A DNA stretch of 56,100 bases, filler included, from Ionaspis alba (Eukaryota), in assembly GCA_964255285.1 (NCBI GenBank). It is 2 parts of 2 records of this genome, joined end to end, with 100 filler letters (N's around TTAATTAATTAA, not from the genome) between each part and the next. Parts side by side here need not be neighbours in the genome. Positions count along the whole stretch, not along the records: positions 28,107 to 56,100 come from CAXUUL010000131.1; 1 more part is not named here. One strand, given 5' to 3'. The notes below the pieces were generated by a model. The model ran no database searches. It was not told the origin of the DNA and saw only the letters and a list, made by a program, of their open reading frames with translations. Positions 36,180-48,715 of this stretch are shown in pieces. Numbering within the stretch: the stretch's first letter is position 1; every line of letters starts with the position of its first letter. Both the position numbers and the translations under genes were made by a program.

Positions 36180-36725
36180 GACTACCAGAGTACTGAGAAG
36201 ATATGGCGGTAGTCCCACAAACCGAGTTCGGACACGTGGTGGTCGGTATCTCGAATACCCGCTTCGTGTTGAAGGCTCGTGGAAGGTTCGAGATGACGAA
36301 TGAGAGGTCCAGATTGCGTCTAGTTCTGGCGGAGAGTATTTTCTCGGGTACAAGTATCTGGTTGGAAATCAGATGGGGATGAGCGGAGATGAGCAGAGGT
36401 GAGTCGAGGTTGAGTGAGTCAAAGTGCTTCGACCATGGATGATTTCAAGTCACCCGCCTTTAGTAAGGGTAGAGACATAGTTGTTCTAAGGATGTCAATT
36501 AGAGACTTGTCTTCGTATGAGCCATGGTATTATTGGAAAGAATGGTTCCAAGATTTGGTCGAGAGTATAACATGATCATATCCTGGAAATCTTCTGCATC
36601 CAGTTCCTAGAGTCTCAACCTATGGAATTTCATTCCAGATTCCGTTCTGATTCCATTAGTATCCCGTAGATCCAGGTATACCACAATTCACTAGATAAGA
36701 AGAGAGCAGGGTCCAAGAACGAGGC

Positions 36726-37880
36726 TCAATTACCACTTGATAACTCATTCAAGGCGAAATGTTTCCAATTTTGTCCCAATTGGACAACACCTTCCTCTAG
36801 ACTCCACTGCCTGACCTGACATATTTTCCTAGTCATCTGCTCCAATAAATGATCCATGCGTTCCCCAGCACGATGCAGGTCACTCTCAACCAAGATCCGA
36901 TCCTTAGGTACGGCTTTGATGACCTCAGTTGCCCTTGCAGATGCTGGAGTAGAGAAATTGATGACTTGGGAGAAGGAAAAGAATACAGTGCATGGTACAG
37001 AAGGATGGAGGTACTGCTTGAGAGACTCGACAGGCCCAGAATATGAATGAAGACATATCCTGGAAGGAAATGGTTTAGAAGTCGAATCCTGTTGACTATC
37101 GTCCGGCTCATCATTCGATCCATCCGCACATTTGGCGTCTTCTCGCCTCTTCTGCGCTTTCTTGCCAACCACCTGGTTCTCAAATCCCTTCCACGTTTCC
37201 CTCAGAGTTTCAAACAGTACTCCATGAGCTGCGACTCCATGGACGGAGACAGCTCGTTGCATCTCACCAGCAAGCTTCAGCTGTGCCTTCAGAATCGTGC
37301 GTTGGTGATCCATATTGACGCGGTATGGAGATAGCTTTCGACCTTCTCGACTCCCAGGAGTCAAGCCAGAATTGGTCTCTTCAGTACGGCTTGGTGCTTG
37401 ACTATCAGGTATGCGGAATGATCGATCAAGGCCAATTTCTCCAACAAGAGCAAGGGGATGTTTCTCAAGATAAGCTCTGGTTGTCTCAAGAAAAGCTGAT
37501 AGTGGTCTCGGGTCAGGTAGACCCTCAAGGAAAGTATCATCCTCTTTGAGCCCGATGACATTCATATAGTGTAGTCTCTTGTTTGGACGAGCTTCCACTG
37601 TATCGTCGTAGATCTGATGGGAGAACCACGGATGCCAGCCAAAAGATGGGACTACTCGACGTTCCTCTGTGGCGAGTCCGATGCTGCGAAGACCACCAAA
37701 TCTGTCAGCTGCTTGAGCTACTAGCTCTTGATCTTGAGCTCGAGTAGCCATGATGGTCAATACGCGGGCCTTCATCTGTGGGATGTCTCCCAGAGAGGCA
37801 AGTGTGTCCGTAGGGTGGCAATGAGCATCGTAGACTCCGAGATGCCACGGAAAAGCTGCTTCCTCATCAACTCCTTCCAT
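36726..37880 (-). CDS. TatD-family metallo-hydrolase (Cut9-interacting Scn1-like), single exon
   Basis: DAHCHPTD, PSFGWHPWF, LVGEIGLDR, AVSVHGV, ICLHSYSG, ILVESDLH. Confidence 0.92.
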   Translation of the reverse strand: MEGVDEEAAFPWHLGVYDAHCHPTDTLASLGDIPQMKARVLTIMATRAQDQELVAQAADRFGGLRSIGLATEERRVVPSFGWHPWFSHQIYDDTVEARPNKRLHYMNVIGLKEDDTFLEGLPDPRPLSAFLETTRAYLEKHPLALVGEIGLDRSFRIPDSQAPSRTEETNSGLTPGSREGRKLSPYRVNMDHQRTILKAQLKLAGEMQRAVSVHGVAAHGVLFETLRETWKGFENQVVGKKAQKRREDAKCADGSNDEPDDSQQDSTSKPFPSRICLHSYSGPVESLKQYLHPSVPCTVFFSFSQVINFSTPASARATEVIKAVPKDRILVESDLHRAGERMDHLLEQMTRKICQVRQWSLEEGVVQLGQNWKHFALNELSSGN

Positions 37881-38230
37881 GGCGCCTTCCTAAGTCACAC
37901 GTTGATTTTACAGCAAATTACCGAAATAACTTGCCTCAGAATCTCAGACCCCTGGAAGAAGAACGGATCAATCCTGATCCGTAAAAGAGTTCAACAACGG
38001 GCTTGACGGAAAAATCAATATATCTTTTATGCGTATACCTGGGGCTGGTTTAGAATTCTAAATTTAATATTATTAGCGTATAGTATTAAAATTATATTAC
38101 GATAAATTATATTTTATATTTATTTTGTAGTGGCAATTAATTTTTACTTCAGGCATTGATTATTTCAGACAACAGCCACGGCTCGTGAATGAATACAATC
38201 GATTGTTTTTCCCTGACACCTTACAGTTAA

Positions 38231-39410
38231 CTAAGCAGATCGAACATATCGCGCTGCCAGAATACAATGATCTAGGGATCGTCAGTTAATGTATACCTCA
38301 TAAGTCATACAACGTACCTCTCTCAAACGGCTCCAGGGTCAATTGCTCCAACGGTTTCAGTCTTTCCTCCCTCATCTTCTGCACCTCTCGCGCAAATACA
38401 GCTTCAGGCGCCGCAGTACTATCAATACAATTGGCCTTGATACTGACCAATGCAGCTCCTCCAACCTTAAGGTAGAGATGAGCGTTAAGACCAACAATCC
38501 TAGCTTGATCTGGCTGTGCGACATCTGCGAAAATAACATCCACCATAGAGACCAACATTCTGTATCGTAGAGGGTGTCGAGCATCTTCGATGATAGGGAT
38601 AACATTTGTTCGATGGGTAGCCATGTTGATGAGATCTCGGCCGGACCGATGCGAAAATTCGACGGCAAAGACAGTACCTGTGGGACCAACGATATCGGCA
38701 ACATGGCTGACTGATGTACCACTGGCTGCACCGAGGTACAAGACCTTTGCGCCAGGACGAATGAAGATATCATCGAGTCCACCTAGGATACCCGCGGCCA
38801 GCTTACTACGGAACGGGTTCCATACTCGATATTCCGTCTTAGTCGCTGGTGCCACGTCTCCATTCACAGCACCGGTGTTGTTGGCAGATGTAGTTTCGAC
38901 AGAGATGCGCTTCTCGCCGTAGACTGACTCGCCCGGTGTGAGATTCTTGGTGACTAGCATGTCTTCTTTTCCGCGAGCGACAAAGACACCTGGATGACGA
39001 TGAGGCTCCTATCAACCTTGAGTATTTGCAGACATGTAATAAAGCATCGACTTCTCACGATTATTGTCTTTGCGCCACCTTTTGCTCCACCACCTCTACC
39101 AGCTCTGGGTGCACCACGGCCTCCGCGACCTCCTCTTGGTGCCCCTCGCCCACGAGTTCCACCTCTGCCGCCACGGTCTCCACGATCTCCTCCGAAGCCA
39201 CCTGAGAAATATCAGTAACTTGATTGTGTTTCAATTCTCGACACAGATCTTGAGCCGCATCACAACAGCTGTATTCCTGAAGCCGTTCTGAGACTTCAGC
39301 GGCGGGAAGGATGTAGACCCACCTCTGCCACCTCTTGGTGTACCGCCTCGCCCACCTCGAAACCCTCCCCTATCACCACCACCGCCACGCCCTCGTGGCG
39401 TAAAAGCCAT
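38231..39410 (-). CDS. NOP1: Fibrillarin, rRNA 2'-O-methyltransferase
   Basis: GAR domain ([16 protein letters not shown]), [64 protein letters not shown]. Confidence 0.98.
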
Positions 39411-39750
39411 AACGCGTGACTGTCGGTAAATGTATTGACGACTGCGAATGTGTAGGGTTTTGAATGGTATAACAGTCTTCGCGGAAGTAATGTTGTGTCA
39501 GAATTCTTCTGTCTGCGAGCTCTGAGGTTCCTTACTCTGGCTAGCGTCGCTTGTGTTATGGAAAATTTAGCGACTTTCCCTTTGATACCGACACTTGCTG
39601 CTCGATACTGAGTGCTCGAGACTTACTCAAAGATTAGATAGTGGACCGTGCTTGAAGTGTATTGTTCCAGGAATCAATTGGACTCGAGCTTCATCATCCT
39701 CGCGTTAGGCCCAGTTTCGTCCGTCACGGATTTTTAAGTGAGAGAAACGC

Positions 39751-39775
39751 TAGCATAGGGCTACAAGTGCCCACA
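39751..39775. promoter_or_regulatory. TAGCATAGGGCTA element in the NOP1/RPL17 bidirectional promoter (Tbf1-type)
   Basis: The 12-mer is identical to the one at 14481, is followed by a GCCC half-site, and lies about 110 bp upstream of the RPL17 ATG. Confidence 0.5.
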
Positions 39776-39868
39776 CTTCGCTTAGTGGTTATCGATCTTG
39801 AAACTAAATTTGCGAACAACAAGATTAGGACGACAACCTTCCAGAAACCGTCACCACGACTTGACAAG

Positions 39869-40755
39869 ATGGTGAGTGTCAGCCTATTTACTCTCTTCGC
39901 CTTCCTTTTTTCCTTCGTAGCACAGCGCCACGCTGCTACCATGTCTCTGTTCCCTCCTATGGCAGCAGCTCATAACCCTATGTTCTACCGTCCTGCTACA
40001 AGCTAACACTCTATGCTCTTCGCAGGTTCGTTACGCAGCTACTCACCTCGAGCCAGCGAAATCAGCTCGCTCGCGGGGAGCCTACCTCCGTGTTTCCTTC
40101 AAGAATACACGTGAGACTGCCCAGGCTATCAACGGCTGGAAACTGGAGCGCGCCCTCACGTACCTCAACAATGTCATCGAACACAAGGAAGCAGTACCAA
40201 TGAGGAGATACGCTGGTGGTACTGGTCGCGCTGCACAAGGTTCGTGAATGAGCCACATTGCAACCTCCAAAGTGCAATGCATGACCACCAAAGTATGAAA
40301 GTCTAACGCTCTGCCACAATAGGAAAGCAGTTCGGCGTTTCCCGCGCTCGCTGGCCTGTCAAGTCTGCGGAGCACCTTCTCACCCTCCTCAAGAATGCCG
40401 AAGCGAATGCAGACACTAAAGGCTTAGACACTGGTAACTTGATCATCAAGCACATCCAAGTCAACCAGGCTCCCAAACAGCGTCGTCGTACATATCGTGC
40501 TCACGGCCGTGTAAGTTGCTTGCCTCTGGTTTCTCTCGGTCTTGCATTGCACAAGCTGGCAGTCTTGAAACCATCTCTCTAATACAGCCATTGTAGATCA
40601 ATCCATACATGTCGAATCCTTGTCACGTTGAGATGATATTAACAGAAGGGGCTGAGGTGGTCCAGAAGTCACCGGAATTGGTACATCGTGAGGAAGCTAG
40701 ACTGAACTCTAGGCAACGTGGTGCTCGTGTGAGGAGGGCTATTACGGCATCTTAA
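39869..40755 (+). CDS. RPL17: 60S ribosomal protein L17 (uL22)
   Basis: ATG/intron 39872-40025/[67 protein letters not shown]. Confidence 0.98.
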
Positions 40756-41198
40756 GACTGTTCGGAGGAGTTTTCGGAGGATCAAGATTATGAGGTGCAT
40801 GGATGCAGATAGTCGTGCATCTTGAGCTCAGGGCATACCAGTACAGAACTTCAAGTTTTCTTAGTCCATTAGCATACCCGTACTGAGACTTCCAACGCCA
40901 CTAGGGTTCTGGAACAGTCTTAGATGGACGACACAATTACTTCGAGAAACTGCCGTATGAATTGGGGTGGCAGCAAGTGAAACCATGACTGTGCATGCAG
41001 TGTGTAGTGATTTCTGTATACTAGATCGATTAGACAAGATAAAGTTCTATACTACATTGTGCCTGAGGAAGAGCATTTCTCTCTAATTCAAAACAAAACT
41101 GTAGGCCTGGTACGTCAGACAAGTTTGACAGTTATGAAGAATTCCTTCTCCTTGGATTCCCAACATCTCACACTCCCAGGCTTGTCCACTATCATTAG

Positions 41199-44100
41199 TC
41201 AACTATCAGCCTCTTTGCCCCGTCTTTCCAATACACCTGAGAATCGGCCAGTACCGCCTTCCAGCTGCCCATCCTCGAAATTCCAAAGTCTATTCGGCTC
41301 GTCTGCCCAGCCAAGTCTCATTCCAAATCCATCTGCTAGGAGGCGTTCTTCGCTTCCGAGAACAACAGGAACAATCTTGCCCAGGTATAAGTCCTTACTT
41401 TCCATCATTTGCGTTTGCAGTTGTTGCATCCGATGTCGGAGGGGACCCGAACGTGGTCCAGGATGAGGTTCTGGAAGTACTAATTGCCAGGGCAGTCTTG
41501 CATACCCGCACGAGTCGAATTGGACACGGATGAGGCAGCTTTGGAGAATAGCAGGGGGTGGTGGGTCCCAAGGTTGATGGGAATGGTTGTACCGTAATTG
41601 TGCTAAATTATCACCCGGCGTGATTGAATCAATCAGTTCCGCCCATGAATGCCTTAGAGGTTGTCCTTCCATCCAGGTATCATTTAAATTGGCAATTCCT
41701 TCTATAGCAACAGGATCGGCCATCCAAGAATTTGCTGAGGCTGCCGCGTTCAGCACTTGCCCACTGTCGAAGACAGGTCGGGGCACGCCAAATGCAAGGT
41801 TAGTTTGTGTACCAAGATGAGATGAGGCAGCTGAGTCGAATAATAAAGGATGGTATTCTCGCGGATACAAATAAGTAAGACCACCGTACATTAGAAGCGA
41901 AACGGATTCCAGCTTCAGACTTTTGAGGCATGAAGCTCTTGATCTCCAAACAAGAGCTTGGAGTGTCTCAGCGGTAAACCAACAGTTTGTGAAAGTCAGG
42001 TCCTCAATGTGCGGGAAATTCCACTGCACGTTGGCGGCGTTCAAACCTGAAATAGGCGCTGGGAGTATATGCTGGTTGCGGCCAAACAATCCCGTGGCAT
42101 GTTCGCCACCACCTATGTAGCCCACATGAATCGATCGGATCTTTCTTGAAGGAGCTACATGGTTTTGTAGAACATCATGTAGTTGAATTGCTGCAAGTGA
42201 CGGTTGCGTGGATCTATCCTCGAGGATTTGATCGTTCTGCTTTAGTATCTTCCGCCAGTCGGCAGAGACAAGAAGAGTGACCTTTTCGAGATTGGGCAGA
42301 GCGGCCCATAAATCGGCACGGTTGAGTAAGGGTAAGTAGGAGCTCGAGAGCTTCGCAATGGTGAATATTGAAAGGTTGGCTGCGATCTTTCTGCTGTCCA
42401 TGATAGCTAGCAGATAGCTATTTAGCATGGCCTCTTGTGCCCAACTAAGCTCCAACAGGCATTGTTTTTGCAGATCAGTCAGAACTTTTGGGGTAAGTGC
42501 TGATTTTCTGATAACAGGATTGGGCTCATCGTCACGTATAGAACTATAGTCTAAGCCATCAAAAATCATTCCTAGACGACCACCCCGTCCGTCGTTCGGA
42601 TCAACAGGTGATAGGTGCCGTTGATCTTGCGATGCTTGCGCTCCTGGAAGTAATCCTGGGGATCTAGGTAAAGGATCAGGGCTCCTGAGATTCTGATGGA
42701 AATTATGCGTGATGCCTAGCAGGGAGAAAAGTGACCATAAGCGCGGAGTACCAAGGTGTTGGCCAATTTTCTGCGACTGGGCCCTGATGCCTTTGCGAAC
42801 ATTGTCAGAACCCCTTGCATTCTCCAATATTGTCTGGAGCAGGTCTGGAGGGCCCTGTAACGAATCCTTAATCAGGCTCATCTGACGACAAGCATTTTCG
42901 ACATATTCCTCAATGTTCTCGTTGGTGAGGTAACCGAGATGACCGACAGCATTTTGCTTGATGTAATCGGCAGCGACTTCCAACAGGTCGTCGTTAGCGG
43001 GTTCGGACAGGCTCATTAGTCTGGCAAATACGGACAATATCTGAATTCCATTCGCCAGGACGTTTGAGGTCGATCGATGGCCAAGCTGAGGCGATCCCGC
43101 AGTTTTGGACCTTAGGTAGCGAGTGCCAAATACCCGAGACTTTTCTTGGAACATCTTTACACGGTCAGATTGATCAGGGCCACAGAGCCAACCTAAACCA
43201 CTGTCGAGAGAGAGTCCAAGCTCTCTGACATTCGTGAGATATGACAAAGCTTCAGCCATGTGCTTGCCACGATCAGCGGTCTGTTCGAGCCGTTCCGTTT
43301 CTTTGAATCGTTGATATGTCGCCGGTGGCCACGGAAACTTTCCCCAGAAAGCCTTGGAAGAAATCCAAGAAACCTTGCTGGGGAGGCTACTCAAAGCCGC
43401 TACAACTAGATTTAGCCTATAATACAACGTAGACCATGAACTCCATACCTTCGTAAAAATCAAACGCGAAGGCGAATTGAACAACATGCGGGCCCCAGCC
43501 ACTAAAGACTTGCATGCCAATCTCTTTGGTGATGAACCGTGAATTAGTACTATCCCTGGTAGCTGATAGCGCTATAGCTTTTGCCTTGCCTTTACAGTCT
43601 CTGACCATCGTATTCGAGTCGCTTTGCTCATCCCAGTCAATAAGTCGACTCTCATCTCGAAATACTGGCGGAGCGGGGTCGGGAAAGGTATTCAAGGGGG
43701 AGGTATTCAAGGTTGATTTCATTTCAGATGGATCGTTGTAAAGAGTTCCTAGGTTGTTGGACTCTTTTCCAGGGCCGCAACTTTTCTTGGTGGCCCCTGT
43801 GTTTCCAGACCCAGTACTAGTGTGAAGCATGTCGAATATTTCTGATGTGAATGGTACGACCACGCTGCGAAAGAGACTCGAAGTCTTGTGCTCGAACTCA
43901 GAGCACACCAAGCGTAGATTCTCTACATCTTTCCGTGTGAGATATCGCATAATGTGGTCGATAATCTCCACTGGAAGCTTCCCTGTTGGGAAAGATCTGC
44001 TTGAGTTCCCTTTTTCTGACAATACTTGCATAACCCCTGACAGTGCTTGGGGTGATTGGTAAAATTTGAGGATTGGAAGATTGTCGGCGAGGTTTCCAAA

Positions 44101-44967
44101 GAAACGGTGTGGTCGAAGCCGAGGCTTACCAACAATACAAGCTGGTAAATAAGTCGCGTGTTCACGGAGGATTCCCATTATGCGATGACGCTCAAACGAG
44201 TTAAAGCAACGGGGAACGAGTTCTGAGAGGAACACCACGGAAGCTCCGCCTGATCGGCTGGAAAGCGGTAACCGGGACGGGTGATAGTTATCAGCGGCAG
44301 TGGGAGCCTTCAGACTGCGGGAATTGGTAGGTGGCGTTCGATCGGCCACGGCAATCTCTGGGCGAGTACCGTGGGTAAATTTCGACATTCCATGGAAATG
44401 TCCATCTTCTCGATATCTGGACGGTGATCGCTTCCTATCTGCCAAACTTGAGTAAGTGCAAGTGATTTAAGACCGCACCAGGAATCGCATACCTGTCACG
44501 ACTCTCCGTCCACTATACATTCCCTCGCTAGTCCGTCGTCGTTTCCTAGGCTCCCAGGACATGAGAGCTGCTCCGACCGAAGCGGTGTTTTTGGGCTCTT
44601 GGCTCGGGTCAACATGAAGATGCCAGTCCGTGGATACATTATTACCAAGGCCATCACGGGGTCCTGGCGCGTGCAAGACAGCTCTTGTCTGCTCATTCAA
44701 AGTATCGGCATCTTCAAAGCACGCTTTTGGAACACCAAAATCGTCCAGTTGCTTCCGTAAGGGATTCCCTGCATCACCCGTCCACGGGCCTGGCAAGCCC
44801 GCCGAAATGTATGTCCAGTCTCGGACTATACCAGCAACAATATCTATGGTCAACTGGCGAGCAGACTTCAAGGAGGGATCGTCACCCCAACTTCTTCTTG
44901 GTGTACTAGGACCTGCCTCCTGTTCAGAGTCAGACCACTCTTGGTCATCCTCACTATCTTCGGACAT
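41199..44967 (-). CDS. Large (~1200 aa) F-box-like protein with a leucine-rich C-terminal region, 3 exons
   Basis: Three ORFs are joined by phase-compatible introns (about 44492-44440 and 43448-43398). F-box-like KLPVEIIDHIMRYL..DVENLRLVCSEF...FRSVVVPF, LGLSLDSGLGWL, GGGEHATGLFGRNQHILPAP, GTGRFSG. Confidence 0.8.
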
Positions 44968-45145
44968 GGATGCAAGAGAGGAATAGCCGGTTGAGGGTTA
45001 AAGTCCAGTAACAATAATAGCTGAACAGTTACACCAGGACGATGGGAACTGCAGTCGGCGTCCCAGATCTGGCACAGGTTGGCTGAGCAAGAGTTTTCAG
45101 AGTAATAATTAAGGGTCAGTACTATTCCAGAGTTGCCCTACTGGA

Positions 45146-45339
45146 TAGCGCACCGACGGATTGCTAGAGATCCGGTAGCCTCGGTATGTTCTNNNNNNNN
45201 NNNNNNNNNNNNNNNNNNNNNNNNNNNNNNNNNNNNNNNNNNNNNNNNNNNNNNNNNNNNNNNNNNNNNNNNNNNNNNNNNNNNNNNNNNNNTAGCGCAC
45301 CGACGGATTGCTAGAGATCCGGTAGCCTCGGTATGTTCT
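45146..45339. other. 100-N scaffold gap with an identical 47-bp sequence on both sides (assembly overlap artefact)
   Basis: 45146-45192 is identical to 45293-45339. Confidence 0.9.
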
Positions 45340-46173
45340 GGATGGAAAGATCTGAGTCAAGTAAACCCTAGCAGCAAGCGAGGTATTCTGGCGGTATTGT
45401 AGGCGGGAGCTACACAGTTATGGTGAAAGGATTGTTGGTGTGTTTGCCTCGAGCTCCCACTTCCACTGCACTCTGATCTAGAGTTGTAGCGATTTGGTTG
45501 AGGCCCAGAAGAGGTTAAAGCTCATCGTGTGGACTGAAATTGAGCTGGGGAGTATTAAAAGTCAGTAGAGTCATGTGGAACAAATCGCTATTATGGTAGA
45601 AGAAAGGTCAAAGTTGATGCTTCACAGGGTAGCGTATGAATAAAATGGAATTCTATTGAACACCTGAAGAAATGAGGTCAGTTCTCGGCTATTTTGCTCG
45701 CTTACACGAGCCTGTCACGCCTATCCGCTTAACGCAGGGACATCTCCCAAAAGGTCACTGAAAACTGCATTGAGATACACAAAAAATGGTAATCATGAGG
45801 GAGTCGTTCATAGATTGTCTTGAGAGCCAAGCAGGAGGCCTTCATAAAAGCTCTCGAGTGGTAGCGTACTCAAGATGATTCACAACACGATTTAGCCTTG
45901 TCTCTGAATTTATACACACTCGGCACAATTTACGTTTAACATCCGAATTCAAGCCCAAATCCACACCGGACTTCAAAAAAAAAAAAAAACGAATATTCAT
46001 GATATTCGATCCCGGCTGGGCTAAGTTTATCCACCACGTCGTTTACACTGCCCATATATCCTCGTCCGTTATCAGCAATAATGTGCACGAATGTAGATAT
46101 GTACAAGAAATATATTAGCACATTCAGCACAGCTGTGTCAAACGCTGGCTAAACGCCACTTCCACCCATCACA

Positions 46174-48715
46174 TTACGCGCACTCGAAAAGAGCAATAGT
46201 CGAGCAAAAGTTGTCGCGATTGTCGATTTGTGGTACAGCCGCATTCCCGTCAAGGGTGACCATGTTGGTGCTTGCTTTGGTGCTGAGCCCCCAAAGATAG
46301 ACCTCTCCACTGCACTTCTCTACACTGACCATGTTCTGCTGACAAGACTCCGTGGCGAGACAGTCTTGAGCATAGTTGTCGAAGAAGGAGTATAGTCCTG
46401 CGCCGTACACGAGAATATTGCTCGATGATACGATGCGCAGACCCCAGGCTTTGCGACATCCGTCTGTCGTACACTCTGCAAAGGTCGGGTCGGAAAATGC
46501 GTTCGATGGTGTGAAAGGTGTCAGCGCATTGGGATTCGATTGGTAGTATCTGTGCGACCAGTCAGCAATACAATATAGAGAGATGGATCGACAATAGCAC
46601 GTACGGAGTCTCGGTTTGGATGGCGCCCATGTAGATATTCTTGGCATTAACGAGCTGGTAGTTATAGAGTTGACTGTGCTCGGAGCTGGTGCCATACATC
46701 CAGACCGGCCCCTGCGAGGACTCGATCAAGACACCTCGCCCGTTGAAGATGTTGATTTGTCTATGGTCTGAGAGATCAAGCTCATGATCAGCGACCCAGT
46801 ACCAATTGTTTTCTATGTAGACCGAACCCTTCTGGGTGATGTGTAGAAGTAAGAAGGCTCCTTCGCAGGCAGGATTCGCCGGAGCAATGACGCTGGGATT
46901 CTTGGCGCAGGTGTTTGATTGCAAGCCCGTGCCAGCGGAGCCTCCGATGCGGAAATGGACATCCCACATGCCGGATGCACCTTGAGCGCTCTGTCCTAAG
47001 TTCCATTCTACAAGGATCGCGCCAGGCTGGGCACCTTTGGTTTCGAATATTAGATCGCTCATCTCCACAGCGCCAACATCGCCCGGTTGACCGACTTGAA
47101 AGACTGGTGCCGGATTCGCCTGGGACGAGAAAGCTGGCCCGGAAGCCATGATGAGCGGCCAGATTTCACCAGTGATCTTGATATTCTTGGGTACTCGGAC
47201 GGTCTTGGAGATGAGATAGGCGCCGTGGTCGAAGTACACAATCTGCCCCGAAGTCGCTCGGTCAAAAACAGCTTGGATCGCAGCTGTGTCGTCGGTGTTG
47301 CCATCGCCGACCGCACCGGCCGCTTTGACGCTCAAGAATGAGCTCGAGGGAACGGATTCGTATTGTGGCTTGGAACGCTCGAAGACGGCGCCTTGTGCAT
47401 TGAGGAGTGCGGCCGGCTTCTTCGGGGCTGCGAGTGGTCCATGAATGGCAATCTGTGGAGACGTATTGGCACGCTTTTGAGCACCGACACCGGAACCTGT
47501 CGTGTACGCATGACCTTGGCCCCAGGATGCAACCTTTGTGCCACCAGCCAGGACGGTAGCCCCAGAGACATCAGCGATGGCTTTCTGGGAGCCGGTAAAA
47601 TCCACATTGTCGATAACCAAGGTCCCGCCAGTAGCCGGGGCATTGTTCTGAGTACTGAAGGATGTGATGATGCCTGTTGGGGTTCCAGAAAAGGTACTGT
47701 CCTGAACGAGAATCGATCCCACAGTCTGAGGCCCGCTGGTGACGGCCATGTTGATGCCGACGCCACAGTTGTTGATACTCAAGGACTTGAAGGTCCAGAG
47801 CCAGTTCCAATTCATGAAGATAGCAGTTTGGACGTTGTTGAAAACCAGATTACGGGTCGTGAACTGCTGGTTACCGAAAAAGGCACCATAGTGCCCGCCA
47901 TTGAAGGTGAGATCCGACATGAAGCCACCCGATCCGTTGTCCATGAAGATACCCTGCTGTTTGTTCTCCGCGCCGCCCTTAATCATCTCGAATCTGATGT
48001 TCTGGAGACTTGTAGCCTAGAATAGGATTAGTGTCTTCACTTGACCTGAGAGGTAGGGGTATTGTACCTGAGCCACCTGCCAATGTATTCCTGTGCCGGT
48101 GGTGGAGGGGAGTGCTGTCAGATCGATGACGAAATTGCGTATCTGACGGAAAAAGTTGTTCTGGTTGGTGTACCAGTTATTTCCGTTCGAATCATACACA
48201 TCCGAGTCGATGACTGCAATGCCCTTGAATGACGGTGACGCCTTGATCACCGGCAAAGTGACCGCATCACCGACGAACTGTGTATAGTAGTACTGTATGA
48301 TGGGCGCGCTAACAACGTAGGTACCGGGAGGAAAGTAGACGAGCGCAGGTGTGACGGTCGAGGAGTCGCATCCCTGGCCGCACCGATTACCAGAGGAGAT
48401 GGCATTGTTGATGGCAGCTGTATCATCAGAATTACCATCGCTACGGATTCAAGTCAGCTGGGCCCGTGATATGAAGCTTAGATATGCCTCCGAGCTTGAG
48501 ACCTACCCTTTGGCGCCGAAGTCCTTGACGTTGCGGAAGATTTGAAACGAACTGTCTCCAAACGCAACTTTGCCCTGCCTCTTGATGTCGGCAACCCAGT
48601 AGCTTGAGCTGGCCGCCGGACCCGCCTGGGGTGTAGGGATCGCTTCAACCGGTGAAGACGAAAGTAAGAAGAATCGTAACGCTACCAAAAGCGTGATGGT
48701 AGAAAAGGCGAACAT
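46174..48715 (-). CDS. Secreted GH55 exo-beta-1,3-glucanase, 4 exons
   Basis: Signal peptide, FRNVKDFGAKG/DGNSDDTAAIN, NQNNFFRQIRNF, GIHWQVAQ/ATSLQNI, GAVGDGNTDDTAAIQ, WVADHELD, SEH, QTETP/YYQ. Confidence 0.96.

Noticed and set aside
39204..39320. C/D-box-like GTGATGC...CTGA in NOP1 intron 1
   Set aside because: The C box is imperfect, the CTGA coincides with the branch point, and there is no guide adjacent to a D box.
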